DNA of 64,000 nucleotides from Acidobacteriota bacterium. Lineage in GTDB: Bacteria; Acidobacteriota; Terriglobia; Terriglobales; Acidobacteriaceae. The translations under genes were made by a program, and so were the position numbers. The stretch is from positions 156,483 through 220,482 of the forward strand of contig JAFDVV010000019.1 in assembly GCA_018268775.1 (NCBI GenBank). The letters run 5' to 3'. The notes beneath the pieces were generated by a model. The model was not told where the DNA came from, did not search any database, and worked only from the letters and a program-made list of their open reading frames with translations. Positions 19,201-27,855 of the stretch are shown in pieces; the stretch's first letter is position 1; each line of letters opens with the position of its first letter.

Positions 19201-22200
19201 TCGAACCTTTCCTTCTGCTGGCCTTCGGAAAGATCGGAAAGGTCGATGGACGAAAGATTGGCAGAGGCAGGTGCAGCAAAGTGCTGAATACCAGCGTTCT
19301 GGTCGAACGTTGCGCGCAGAGCTTCGTGGCGCGACAGGAGATCGGCAAGCGAATCGGTAAGAACCTTCCGGTCCAGTTCGCCCGTCATATGCAGCGTGAA
19401 GGATTCGTTGAAGCTGCAATTGGCCTCAGGAGATAGCTCGGCTGAGAGCAGGATCTCCATCTGCGATTCGGTGATTGGAGCGCTCTTTGCAGTCGACGAT
19501 TCGAAAACAGCGTCAGTCGCAGTGCCGGACGGCAAGGGTAGAAGATCGCCAGCCTGCATCTCCGCGATCGTCTCATGGAAGGCGCGGAAGACTTTTTCGA
19601 GGTCGGCGTCGCTATGTTCGGTCGTAAGGAAGCAGGGGAAGCCCTCGAGCAGGTAGATGCCCTTGGAGCGCAGGTGCGTGTAGAAGATGCTGCTGAAGCG
19701 ATAGTCGCTGGGGAAGGCAAAGTAGAAGAAGCTGGCGAAGGTCTCGATCCTGACCGGCAGCTCGTTCTGAGCAAAGAGGGAATTGAGCCGCGCGATCAGT
19801 TGTGCTGTTCGCTGCGTCAGGCGTTCCTGCAGTTGCGGACCCTGCTCCTTGAGATACTTCAGCACTGCGGCGCAGGCGGCCATCGCAAGCGGATGACGGA
19901 CGAAGGTCCCGGCGAAGAAGGTTACGCCAACCTCTGGGAAGGAGTCGTCGCCGTAGTGCCACATTCCTCCGTCGAGAGCATCCAGATACTTCGCTTTGCC
20001 TGCAAGGACGCCCATGGGCATGCCCCCGGCAAGAACCTTGCCGTAGGTGGCGAGATCGGCGTGGACCCCGAAGAGCGTCTGGCAGCCGCCGGGATGAGAG
20101 CGGAAGCCCGTGACGACTTCATCGAAGATGAGGCAGACGTCGGCTTGCTCCGTAATGCGGCGAATCTCGCGCAGAAATTCGACCGGCTGCAGGTTGGGAT
20201 GGCGGCTTTGCACCGGCTCGACAAGGACAGCGGCAAGCTCGCCGATGTGGGAGCGAATCCACTCGAGCGATTCAGCCGTGCCGTAGTCGAGCACGATCAT
20301 GTTCGAGACGGACTCGCGCGGAATGCCGGGAGCGATGGGGGCCGATTGTGGAACGCCCTGGCGCTTGAACCCTTTGACCAGCACCTCATCGAACATGCCG
20401 TGATAGTCGCCTGCGAAGAAGACGATCTTGCTCTTGCCTGAGATTGTCCTTGCGAGACGCATCGCGGCCATGACGGCCTCTGAACCGGTATTGCAGAACG
20501 TCGCTCGCTCATTGCCGGTCATCTCGCAGAGCGCTTTCGCGACCTCGCCAGCCAGGATCGTTTGCGGGCCAATCTCAAAGCCCTCGTGCAACTGCTTCGC
20601 GATGGCCTCTTCGACGAAGTCGGGCCTGTGGCCCAGCATGATGGGGCCAAAGCCGTTGAGGATATCGACATACTCGTTGCCGTCGAGGTCCCAGATGTGT
20701 GAGCCCTTGGAGCGGTTGGTGACGATCGGATAGATCAGTTCTTTCCACTGCGCGCGGAAACCGGCAACGACTCGCGGGTCGGCGAGATACTGACGGCTCT
20801 CCTGGGTCTTGCTCTTTGAAGTTCTGGTGCGGGTCGTGTAGGAATCCGTCAGATGCCGGATGTGGTCGAGTTGACGTTGGGTCAACTCACCGGAGACGTT
20901 CTTCTGCAGAGGTTTGAACGGGGTGTAGCCCTTCAACTCAACGTTGGCGGCATCTTTCGCTGGCGCGGATGCTTCGGGCTTCGGAGGCACTGCGGCTGGT
21001 ATTGGCGGTATGGCTTGAGGAGCCGCTCCAGCGCCTTGCAGGACAGCGACCTGCTGCGCAAAGAGCTGGTTCATCGCCTGAAGTTGATCTCTCATCAACT
21101 GTTCGAGGGCCGTGCCGGCACCTGGTGTTGTGCCATAGCTCTGCGCGGCCGGCTGTGTCACCGGCCTGACCGCGTTCATACCTGCGGAGTCTGGCGTTGT
21201 GTTCCCCACCGGGGCCTCCCCGGACAAAGCTGGGCCCTCAAACGATCCGGGCGGCAGTTGCGCATCAATATAGTCCGCGAGTGCAACCAATGTCGACTGA
21301 TCGCCCATCAGTTGCCGAAACGTGGTTTTGACGCCGAATTTACTCTGGAGCCCCTGAGATATCTGAGTCAAAAACAGGGAATCGAAGCCGAGTTCGAGGA
21401 AAGAGGCCTCCCGGTCGGAGTCAGCGACTGTCTGTCCGGAAAGCTCCTCGAAGATATCTGCAATCAGCCCGCGTAGATGCTCGTTGCGGGGCTTCGTGCC
21501 AATGGGTGCGGCCGTACTCATGGATAACATCTCCTCGGAAGTTGAATCGGCAACAGGTGCGGTGACCTGCACGGAGGCGGTTCCTCTATCTGGCGCCAAT
21601 GTGTTGCTGTCTGTCGTTGCTGTCAGTGAATCGCTGAACCAGAATCGTTTGCGATCGAATGGGTACGTAGGCATTGAGACGCGCAGGCGCCGTTCATCCT
21701 TATGGAACTGTTCCCATGCAGGTTGAACTCCGTAGGCCCAAAGCGCGCCCAGAGATTGCTGCATGACGAACGCCTCGCCATGGTTAGAGTTGCCGTCAGT
21801 CATAGATGAGACGATGACGCGGTTCGCCGATGGCGTCGTGTGCTGGCGGGCCAATGTAGCGAGTACACCGCCAGGGCCCACTTCCAGAAGCGCGGTATCT
21901 TCTGTCTTCAGAAGGAGAGTGATGGCCTGCGAGAAGCGGACAGAGTCCCTGACATGCCGCGTCCAATATGCGGGATCGGTAGCCTGCTCCGCGGTTATCC
22001 AGTCGCCGGTGACGCAGGACACATAGGGGAGCGAAGGGGCAGACAGGCGCACCTTCTCAACTTCCTTCTGGAAGGCGGGAAGGATTGGATCCATCATCGA
22101 TGAGTGGAATGCATGCGAGGTATAGAGCTTGCGATGAACCACTCCGCGAGCCGTCAGTTCCTCCTCCAGCTTTGCAATGGCGTTGGAGGGGCCGGAGACG

Positions 22201-24323
22201 ACGCACAGCGCCGGTGCGTTGATCGCCGCGATACTCAGACCGTGACTAAGGAGCGGTAGTGTATCTGCCTCGCTCATGCGAACGCTCAACATGTCTCCTT
22301 TGGGAAGGTCCTGCATCAGAGCGCCGCGAACGGCTACCAGGTGCAAGGCGTCTTCAAGTGAGAAGACTCCGGCAAGGCAGGCTGCGACAAACTCGCCGAT
22401 GCTGTGGCCTGTCATCGATCGAGGTTCGATGCCCCACGACATCCACAACTTCGCAAGAGAGTATTCGACTGCAAAGATCGCAGGCTGGGCGAAGTACGTC
22501 TGCGTCGTGTCGAAGTTGGCGGAGTTGTCGTCCTGAAACAGCGCCTCGCGCAAGTCAAGGCCGAGTTCGGAACGCAGCAGGGAAGCGCAGGTGTTGAAGG
22601 CGTCGCGATAGACCTGCTCCGTCCTGTAGAGCTCACGGCCCATATTGGCGTGTTGCGAGCCCTGGCCCGGGAATATGAAACTGACGCCCGGTTGTGCGGA
22701 TTCCCTCCTGCGATCAGCACGCGAAGTGAGGGGAGTGTTGAGTGCGGCGACGGCAGATTCGATGGAGTCCGCGGCTACGGCGCGGCGGTAGGGGAATGCC
22801 TTGCGTCCTAGTTGTAGCGTATAGGCAACATCGGCCAGCGAGATGTCTGGATACTGCTTTAGGAAACCGGCAAGGTTTGACGAGGCTCTATTCAATGCCT
22901 CCTGCGATCGCGCGGAAAGCGTCAGCAGTTGAACCCGGCGAGCTGGCGGTGCAGACTCCTGTGGTGGGGCCTCTTCCAGAATGAGGTGTGCATTGGTCCC
23001 GCCGACACCAAAGGCGCTCACTCCCGCACGGCGCGGCGAGCCGTTGTTCTCCCACCTTCCGCCCGTGGCCGTCACCTTGAAAGGGCTTGAGGCGAAGTCG
23101 AACTTCTCCGTCGCATGCTTGAAGTGAAGCGTTGGCGGAAACTGTCCATGTCTCACGACATGCGTCGCGTGAATCAGTCCTGTAACTCCGGCGGCGATGT
23201 CGAGGTGGCCGACGTTGGCCTTGGCCGTGCCGATAGTGCAGAACCCGGATTCGTCCGTACCGGCGCGGAATGCCTTCGTCAACGCTGCAAGTTCTATAGG
23301 GTCGCCTAGTGGGGTGGCAGTGCCATGGGCTTCGACGTACCCGATGCTTGCGGGATCGACTCCGGCAGCCTGCTGTGCCATTGCGATGACGCTGGCCTGA
23401 CCTTCGATACTTGGGGCCGTGTAGCCGATCTTGGTTGCACCGTCGTTGTTGGAGCCAAACCCGCGTATGACCGCGTAGATATGATCTCCATCGGAGATGG
23501 CGTCTTCAATCCGCTTTAGAAGGACGACGCCCACGCCGCTGCCGAAGACCGTACCCTGCGCATCGTTGTCAAACGGGCGGCAGTGCCCGTCGGCTGATCC
23601 CATGCCGCCTTCCTGATACATATAGCCGCGCTTCTGCGGCAGCGTGATGGAAACGCCGCCGGCGAGCATCATGTCGCTCTGGTAGGTGAGGAGACTCTGG
23701 CAGGCCTGGCAGATGGCAAGCAGCGAGGTCGAACACGCGGTCTGAATGGCATAGCTGGGGCCGCGCAGGTTGAACTTGTATGAGACACGGGTCGGCAGAA
23801 ACTCAGGCTGATTTCCCATCATGCTCTGGTAGTTGCCGATCTGGTAGTTCTCGATGAAATTTTGTGCGAACCCGGGTTGCGCGCAGAGCTGCGAGAGGAA
23901 ATAACTGCCGTAACTCGATCCGGCTACAACGCCGATCGAGCCGGTGTAGTCGAAGGGGTTGTAACCGGCATCTTCAAAGGTCTCCCAGCAGCACTCAAGA
24001 AAGAGCCGGTGCTGCGGGTCCATCTGCAATGCTTCCTTCGGAAGTATTCCGAAGAACTCTGCATCGAAGTTTTCAATGTCAGCCAGTACGGAACGTGAAC
24101 GGATGTAATTTGGTTCCCGTGCCTGCGCCTTGTTGCCCGCGAGCTCAAGCTCCTCAAAACTGAAGTGAGAGATGGCTTCGACACCCGCAAGCTGGTTCTT
24201 CCAGAACTCTGCCACACTGCTCGCGCCGGGGAAGCGGCCGGACATTCCGATGATGGCGATTCCGTCAAGGTTGTCCGTGGCTTGTGCAGGCTCGTGCTCG
24301 AGGTTGTTCTCGGGAGGTGTCAT
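16260..24323 (-). CDS. Hybrid PKS-NRPS with domains KS-AT-ACP-aminotransferase(class III, PLP)-C-A-T
   Basis: Approximate aa ranges:
- KS 21-450: TACSTS Cys197, EAHGTATPLGD, ANVGHLD.
- AT 547-860: GHSIGE, and HAFH indicating malonyl specificity.
- ACP about 950-1025: LGFDSL.
- AMT 1180-1590: GSEAVMAA, DEVVTGFR, TYGKVLAGG with the PLP Lys.
- C 1615-2045: HHAVCDGWS.
- A 2070-2560: YTSGSTGRPKG, NMYGPTE, GELYIGG, YRTGD.
- T about 2580-2650: LGGDSL. Confidence 0.92.
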   Translation of the reverse strand: MTPPENNLEHEPAQATDNLDGIAIIGMSGRFPGASSVAEFWKNQLAGVEAISHFSFEELELAGNKAQAREPNYIRSRSVLADIENFDAEFFGILPKEALQMDPQHRLFLECCWETFEDAGYNPFDYTGSIGVVAGSSYGSYFLSQLCAQPGFAQNFIENYQIGNYQSMMGNQPEFLPTRVSYKFNLRGPSYAIQTACSTSLLAICQACQSLLTYQSDMMLAGGVSITLPQKRGYMYQEGGMGSADGHCRPFDNDAQGTVFGSGVGVVLLKRIEDAISDGDHIYAVIRGFGSNNDGATKIGYTAPSIEGQASVIAMAQQAAGVDPASIGYVEAHGTATPLGDPIELAALTKAFRAGTDESGFCTIGTAKANVGHLDIAAGVTGLIHATHVVRHGQFPPTLHFKHATEKFDFASSPFKVTATGGRWENNGSPRRAGVSAFGVGGTNAHLILEEAPPQESAPPARRVQLLTLSARSQEALNRASSNLAGFLKQYPDISLADVAYTLQLGRKAFPYRRAVAADSIESAVAALNTPLTSRADRRRESAQPGVSFIFPGQGSQHANMGRELYRTEQVYRDAFNTCASLLRSELGLDLREALFQDDNSANFDTTQTYFAQPAIFAVEYSLAKLWMSWGIEPRSMTGHSIGEFVAACLAGVFSLEDALHLVAVRGALMQDLPKGDMLSVRMSEADTLPLLSHGLSIAAINAPALCVVSGPSNAIAKLEEELTARGVVHRKLYTSHAFHSSMMDPILPAFQKEVEKVRLSAPSLPYVSCVTGDWITAEQATDPAYWTRHVRDSVRFSQAITLLLKTEDTALLEVGPGGVLATLARQHTTPSANRVIVSSMTDGNSNHGEAFVMQQSLGALWAYGVQPAWEQFHKDERRLRVSMPTYPFDRKRFWFSDSLTATTDSNTLAPDRGTASVQVTAPVADSTSEEMLSMSTAAPIGTKPRNEHLRGLIADIFEELSGQTVADSDREASFLELGFDSLFLTQISQGLQSKFGVKTTFRQLMGDQSTLVALADYIDAQLPPGSFEGPALSGEAPVGNTTPDSAGMNAVRPVTQPAAQSYGTTPGAGTALEQLMRDQLQAMNQLFAQQVAVLQGAGAAPQAIPPIPAAVPPKPEASAPAKDAANVELKGYTPFKPLQKNVSGELTQRQLDHIRHLTDSYTTRTRTSKSKTQESRQYLADPRVVAGFRAQWKELIYPIVTNRSKGSHIWDLDGNEYVDILNGFGPIMLGHRPDFVEEAIAKQLHEGFEIGPQTILAGEVAKALCEMTGNERATFCNTGSEAVMAAMRLARTISGKSKIVFFAGDYHGMFDEVLVKGFKRQGVPQSAPIAPGIPRESVSNMIVLDYGTAESLEWIRSHIGELAAVLVEPVQSRHPNLQPVEFLREIRRITEQADVCLIFDEVVTGFRSHPGGCQTLFGVHADLATYGKVLAGGMPMGVLAGKAKYLDALDGGMWHYGDDSFPEVGVTFFAGTFVRHPLAMAACAAVLKYLKEQGPQLQERLTQRTAQLIARLNSLFAQNELPVRIETFASFFYFAFPSDYRFSSIFYTHLRSKGIYLLEGFPCFLTTEHSDADLEKVFRAFHETIAEMQAGDLLPLPSGTATDAVFESSTAKSAPITESQMEILLSAELSPEANCSFNESFTLHMTGELDRKVLTDSLADLLSRHEALRATFDQNAGIQHFAAPASANLSSIDLSDLSEGQQKERFDRFIAEDARKPFDLKLGPLVRMSLLRFAPQRHALVFTAHHAVCDGWSINVLLDELAKTYTARSAGTSPALGPLMPFSEYARAQEKHFASIEGAAVESYWTKKFEILPPLLDLPLDHARPAMKSFEGSTFTKKIDLQTLKEIKKAGAQQKCTLFATLLSAFSALLSRLSNQDDIVIGVPAAGQSLVEDKTLVGHCVNFVPMRTLPAEGISTAQFFDQVRQTVFDAYDHQNYTFGRLVRKLAIPRDASRLPLLEVQFNLEKIGGDLKFANLETKIEPNPKSFVNFDLFVNAVEGSDGLTLHVDYNTNLIDKETVTRWMECYEALLNGLTGDASQPLARLPLLTGKEHDLALFAFNQTEASFPEDLCVHQLFEQQTARTPHAPALQFEDQSLSYLQLNERVNRLARYLLSHGVKTGDVVGIYMERSVAMIVSLLAVWKAGATYVPLDPTFPAERLKMVFEDIVNPTVLTQAAIAGDVPSANSRVLSVDALWPEIELEDPGNLNLNYVPSQVAYVIYTSGSTGRPKGVEVTHSNAVNLLNSMAKTPGLTAKDTLVAVTTISFDIAALEIYLPLVSGAELVLASRAVASDGTQLLKLLRDSHATIMQATPITFRLLLAAGWKGEPAITAWCGGEAMPRDLADQILDCGIKLWNMYGPTETTIWSAANRITNRGSAVPVGLPIDNTQFYVLDPLQQLVPLGVPGELYIGGAGVAKGYYKRPDLTAARFISDPFSSKPGARLYRTGDMVRRLKNGELEFLGRADGQIKLRGFRIELGEIESILSTHPALDQAVVLLREDVPGDKRLVAYIIPRHDTAPDAGDLRSYLLGRLPDYMVPAAFISLPSFALTANGKIDRKALPAPSWTSLSQNSKYVAPRTSQEESFAKIWADVLHLERVGVEDNIFELGGDSLHVFQIAARANQAGIEARPRQILQHRNIAAILADIEKGAAAPRQAPLVPVSRSKYRITQPQVLREPEPVDPGRNGNR

Positions 24324-26263
24324 CGGGCCACGCCCTTCGTCGTACGTAGGCGGGCAAAGGCCTCACGCTGCCTGCGCGCCTGCTCCTGGGCCGCGGTGAG
24401 CGTCGCAGAAGGCCTGGCCGGTGAACCGCTTGTTTCGACAAGTTTGTCCGCGAGAGAACGAACCGTTGTGAACTCGAACATCCACGTCACAGGGATTGAG
24501 CGGTTGAGCTGCTCCTGAAGCTGTGACCTCACGGCGGCCAGAAGAATAGACGTGCCGCCGATGTCGAAGAAATTGTCGTCCAAACCTACCTGCGAGGCCT
24601 TCAATACGTCGCGCCAGACCTGAGCGATCCGGGCTTGCAATGGTGAACTGGACGTTGCTTGCCGCTCGTCTGCGGTGGCTGACGCGGAGCCGGTTGTTGG
24701 CTTTGGTAGCGCCGCGCGATCGACCTTGCCATTGCCAGTCAGCGGAATCGTCTCCATCTGTATATAGAAGGACGGCATCATCTGCGCTGGCAAACGCTGC
24801 GAGAGGAACCGGCTCATGTCACCAGCCGTGGGTTTGCCGCCTTCCGTGACGAAATAGGCCGCAAGCGCTTGCCGTCCGTCGTCGGTCGTGTGGCCGATGA
24901 CGCAGACCTGACGTACTCCTGGAAAATCGGAGATCGCCGCTTCGATCTCTCCAAGCTCGATGCGAAAGCCGTTGATCTTCACCTGGTTGTCGCCGCGTCC
25001 GAGATAGACAAGCTCGCCGTCGGGGCGCCGCCTGGCGAGGTCTCCAGAGCGATACATCTTCGCTCCGGGAGGGCCGAACGGGTCGGGTACAAAGCGTTCG
25101 GCCGTCAGTTCAGGCCGGTTGAGATATCCGTGGGCGACACCTCCTCCGCCCACGCATATCTCTCCGACCTCACCATCTGGAACCGGAAGAAGCTCCGCGT
25201 TCAGAAGGTGAATCTGTAAATCGGGGATTGGCACACCGATCAGGCTGTCCTGCTCGCCCTGTGTGTCCGCTTCGCGCACGATGCGATAGGTCACATGAAC
25301 CGTCGTCTCGGTGATGCCGTACATGTTGACGAGTTGCGGCTTGATGTCGCCATGTCGCCTGAACCAGTTGCGCAGTGAGTGGTATTGAAGCGCCTCACCG
25401 CCAAAGATCACGACGCGTAGCGAGAGCGGCAGCGCAGTTCCAGACTCCTCCAGTTGGTTGAGCAGTGAGAATGCAGAAGGGGTCTGATTCAGCACCGTCA
25501 CCTTTTGCTCGGAGAGCAGGGCGTAAAAGTCCTCTGGAGAGCGACTGGTGGCAAAGGGAACGATGACAAGTTTTCCGCCAGTGGTCAGTGGCCCCCATAT
25601 CTCCCACACGGAGAAGTCGAAGGCAAACGAATGAAACATGGTCCAGACGTCGGTTTCGTTGAAGTGAAACCACGTCTCCGTCTCGCTCAGCAGGCGGACG
25701 ACGTTATGGTGCGAGACCAGCACGCCCTTTGGCTTGCCTGTGGAACCCGATGTGAACATGACGTAGGCGAGGTCGTCGGCCTTCGGGCGTACTGGGAGAG
25801 GTTCCGGCACTATGGGGTCAAGCGAAGGCAGTTCGTCTGCAAGGATGATTTGCGATGCTGTCTTCTCAAGGATGGAGGCCAGTTTCCGATTCGTTATGAC
25901 GACCAGCGGCGTAGCATCTTCAAGCGTTTGTAGGACTCGCGCCGAGGGATACCCGGGGTCGATCGGCAGGTAGGCGCTTCCTGATTTGAGCACGCCAAGC
26001 ATGGCGGCAATCATCTCGATGGAGCGGTCAAGGTAGATGGCAACGATACCGCGTCGATCCCCCGAGGCTGCAACCAGGCGACGTGCCATTTGGTTGGAGG
26101 CGCGATCCAACTCGGAATAGGTCGCCTGCTGGGGCCCGCAGACGACGGCAACTCTATCCGCATGGCTCCGGGCTGCTTTTTCAAACAGTGAAACCAGAGA
26201 ATCGTCGACAATGCGGTTTCTGGAAGTCTCGTCTTCTATTGCATGTATTGCTCTTGTTGCCAT
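24320..26263 (-). CDS. Stand-alone NRPS A-T didomain (loading module), predicted Thr-activating
   Basis: FTSGSTGKPKG, FAFDFSVWE, NMYGITETTVH, YRSGDLA, NGKVDR; T-domain motif FFDIGGTSI. A hand-extracted 10-residue specificity code reads DFWNIGMVHK, which equals the canonical Thr code. Confidence 0.9.
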   Translation of the reverse strand: MATRAIHAIEDETSRNRIVDDSLVSLFEKAARSHADRVAVVCGPQQATYSELDRASNQMARRLVAASGDRRGIVAIYLDRSIEMIAAMLGVLKSGSAYLPIDPGYPSARVLQTLEDATPLVVITNRKLASILEKTASQIILADELPSLDPIVPEPLPVRPKADDLAYVMFTSGSTGKPKGVLVSHHNVVRLLSETETWFHFNETDVWTMFHSFAFDFSVWEIWGPLTTGGKLVIVPFATSRSPEDFYALLSEQKVTVLNQTPSAFSLLNQLEESGTALPLSLRVVIFGGEALQYHSLRNWFRRHGDIKPQLVNMYGITETTVHVTYRIVREADTQGEQDSLIGVPIPDLQIHLLNAELLPVPDGEVGEICVGGGGVAHGYLNRPELTAERFVPDPFGPPGAKMYRSGDLARRRPDGELVYLGRGDNQVKINGFRIELGEIEAAISDFPGVRQVCVIGHTTDDGRQALAAYFVTEGGKPTAGDMSRFLSQRLPAQMMPSFYIQMETIPLTGNGKVDRAALPKPTTGSASATADERQATSSSPLQARIAQVWRDVLKASQVGLDDNFFDIGGTSILLAAVRSQLQEQLNRSIPVTWMFEFTTVRSLADKLVETSGSPARPSATLTAAQEQARRQREAFARLRTTKGVAR

Positions 26264-26472
26264 AAATACGGTTTCCGGAATTGATTGAGGGGGCCCTTGG
26301 TTGATAGTGCCATGTTTCGAGTAACCAGGGCATAACTCTTGTGTTGTACGTGATTTATAGATGCCAAAGAGCTTGCCTGCAACAGGCGGGCGTGGCCTTG
26401 TCTATTGATCTTTAGCCTGCCCATTTTTTTGAATACCTGGGGAGCGTTTCACCCTGAATACTCCCGCGGGTG

Positions 26473-27423
26473 TCAGTGCTGGCCCTTTACGCCGCGAACG
26501 ACCTTTCCTGCCAGCTTTCGCATAGGAAGGATGGCATTCATCGCATTTGCCTTCAACGCGTCTGCTGCCGGGTGTTTTCCTGGCTCGGACGGGGCGATCC
26601 CAGCGCGCCGTATGTAGTGATTGAAGGCGCGTGTTCGTCCCAAAGACCGTGTCGACTCAGTTTCCAGAACGACCGAGTAAGAGATCGACTGCGAAGAACA
26701 GGTCTCGACCCAGTGCGGTGCGTTCTGTGGCTGGTGCAGCCCCTTTCCGGCTGAAAGTTGGAAGACGTGCTCCCGGGCTGGGTCGCGCCGGTTGACGTCC
26801 ACTTTGCCGATCTCGACGGAACTCTTGATGTAGAAAGGCTCCAGTTCCGCCTCCGTCACATTGGCAGGTGGATAGACGTGGTAGATCTTTTCGCCCGCAA
26901 TCTGGCAGAAGAAACCCACCTCGGGGTCGAAATGGATCGGAGTCGTTGTCTTTGCCGAGCTGACGAAGACGGAAGACTCAAGCCGCACGATCTTGTCGCC
27001 TCCAAATCCGCCCTTCGCCTCGCTGATCGATGCAAAAAGCGCGTCGATCAACTCGCGGAAGCCCGTATCGTACTTCTCCGGACGCTTGAGCAGGACGCGA
27101 TAAGGGGCTTGGTCGAGCAACGTCATCGCAACATGCGGGGCGTGTTGTCCATGAGGTACGGAGTTGAAGTCGGCATTCGCGGAGGGCGCGCTTGATGCGA
27201 CGAAGGCGTCTGCCGGATTCGCGAGGTACTTCTCGGCCAGGTTGCGCAGATAGTCGTAGGAGAATATCTCCAGGTCGCTCAGATTGTGAGCTGTCGCCAG
27301 TGGCTCGATATTGAATGTCTCGGCAAATGAGGGAGTCGCAAATCGCAATGCGGCTTCCCGTGGCGCAGAGGCCTTCGGCAGGGGAAGACCGGCTTGCGAA
27401 TGAACTGTTGTACTGGATGCCAT
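26473..27423 (-). CDS. Cupin/JmjC-like Fe(II)/2-oxoglutarate oxygenase candidate
   Basis: 316 aa. An H-x-D (TPIHFDPE) and a distal His (QNAPHWVE) are spaced as in JmjC/FIH-type cupins. First gene of the minus-strand NRPS-PKS gene string. Confidence 0.45.
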   Translation of the reverse strand: MASSTTVHSQAGLPLPKASAPREAALRFATPSFAETFNIEPLATAHNLSDLEIFSYDYLRNLAEKYLANPADAFVASSAPSANADFNSVPHGQHAPHVAMTLLDQAPYRVLLKRPEKYDTGFRELIDALFASISEAKGGFGGDKIVRLESSVFVSSAKTTTPIHFDPEVGFFCQIAGEKIYHVYPPANVTEAELEPFYIKSSVEIGKVDVNRRDPAREHVFQLSAGKGLHQPQNAPHWVETCSSQSISYSVVLETESTRSLGRTRAFNHYIRRAGIAPSEPGKHPAADALKANAMNAILPMRKLAGKVVRGVKGQH

Positions 27424-27855
27424 AGCGCTTGCTCCTGTGTACCGGCCTTCTCAAGCTGTTCACCTGAATAGCTTGAAAGCCGCCGTTTCGCGGTTTAACG
27501 AACCGATGGGCGTAGTTGGAATTGGTTTCGCGTAGGAGCGCTAGAAGCCAGAAAGATGGATTGTCTGCGCTCTCAAAAACTCTTCCTTGAGTATCTCGAG
27601 AACAAGGTCTGCAAAGCGATCTCTAAAAAAGTGCAAATACAGCAAATATGAATTGACGACAATTTACCACACGCGGATGTTTCAAAAACGTCGAAAACAA
27701 GGGCGATCCCCCAAAGGAGGCAGGCCGAACCTCGATGCGTGACGAATAGGTAACTGCCTGATTTCGCTGGATGTTCAATGCGAAAACAGCGCCTGCTCCG
27801 GCTGATCGCCGTCAGTTCAGCACCATCCCGGCATTACGTCCTGATCTTGGAATCC

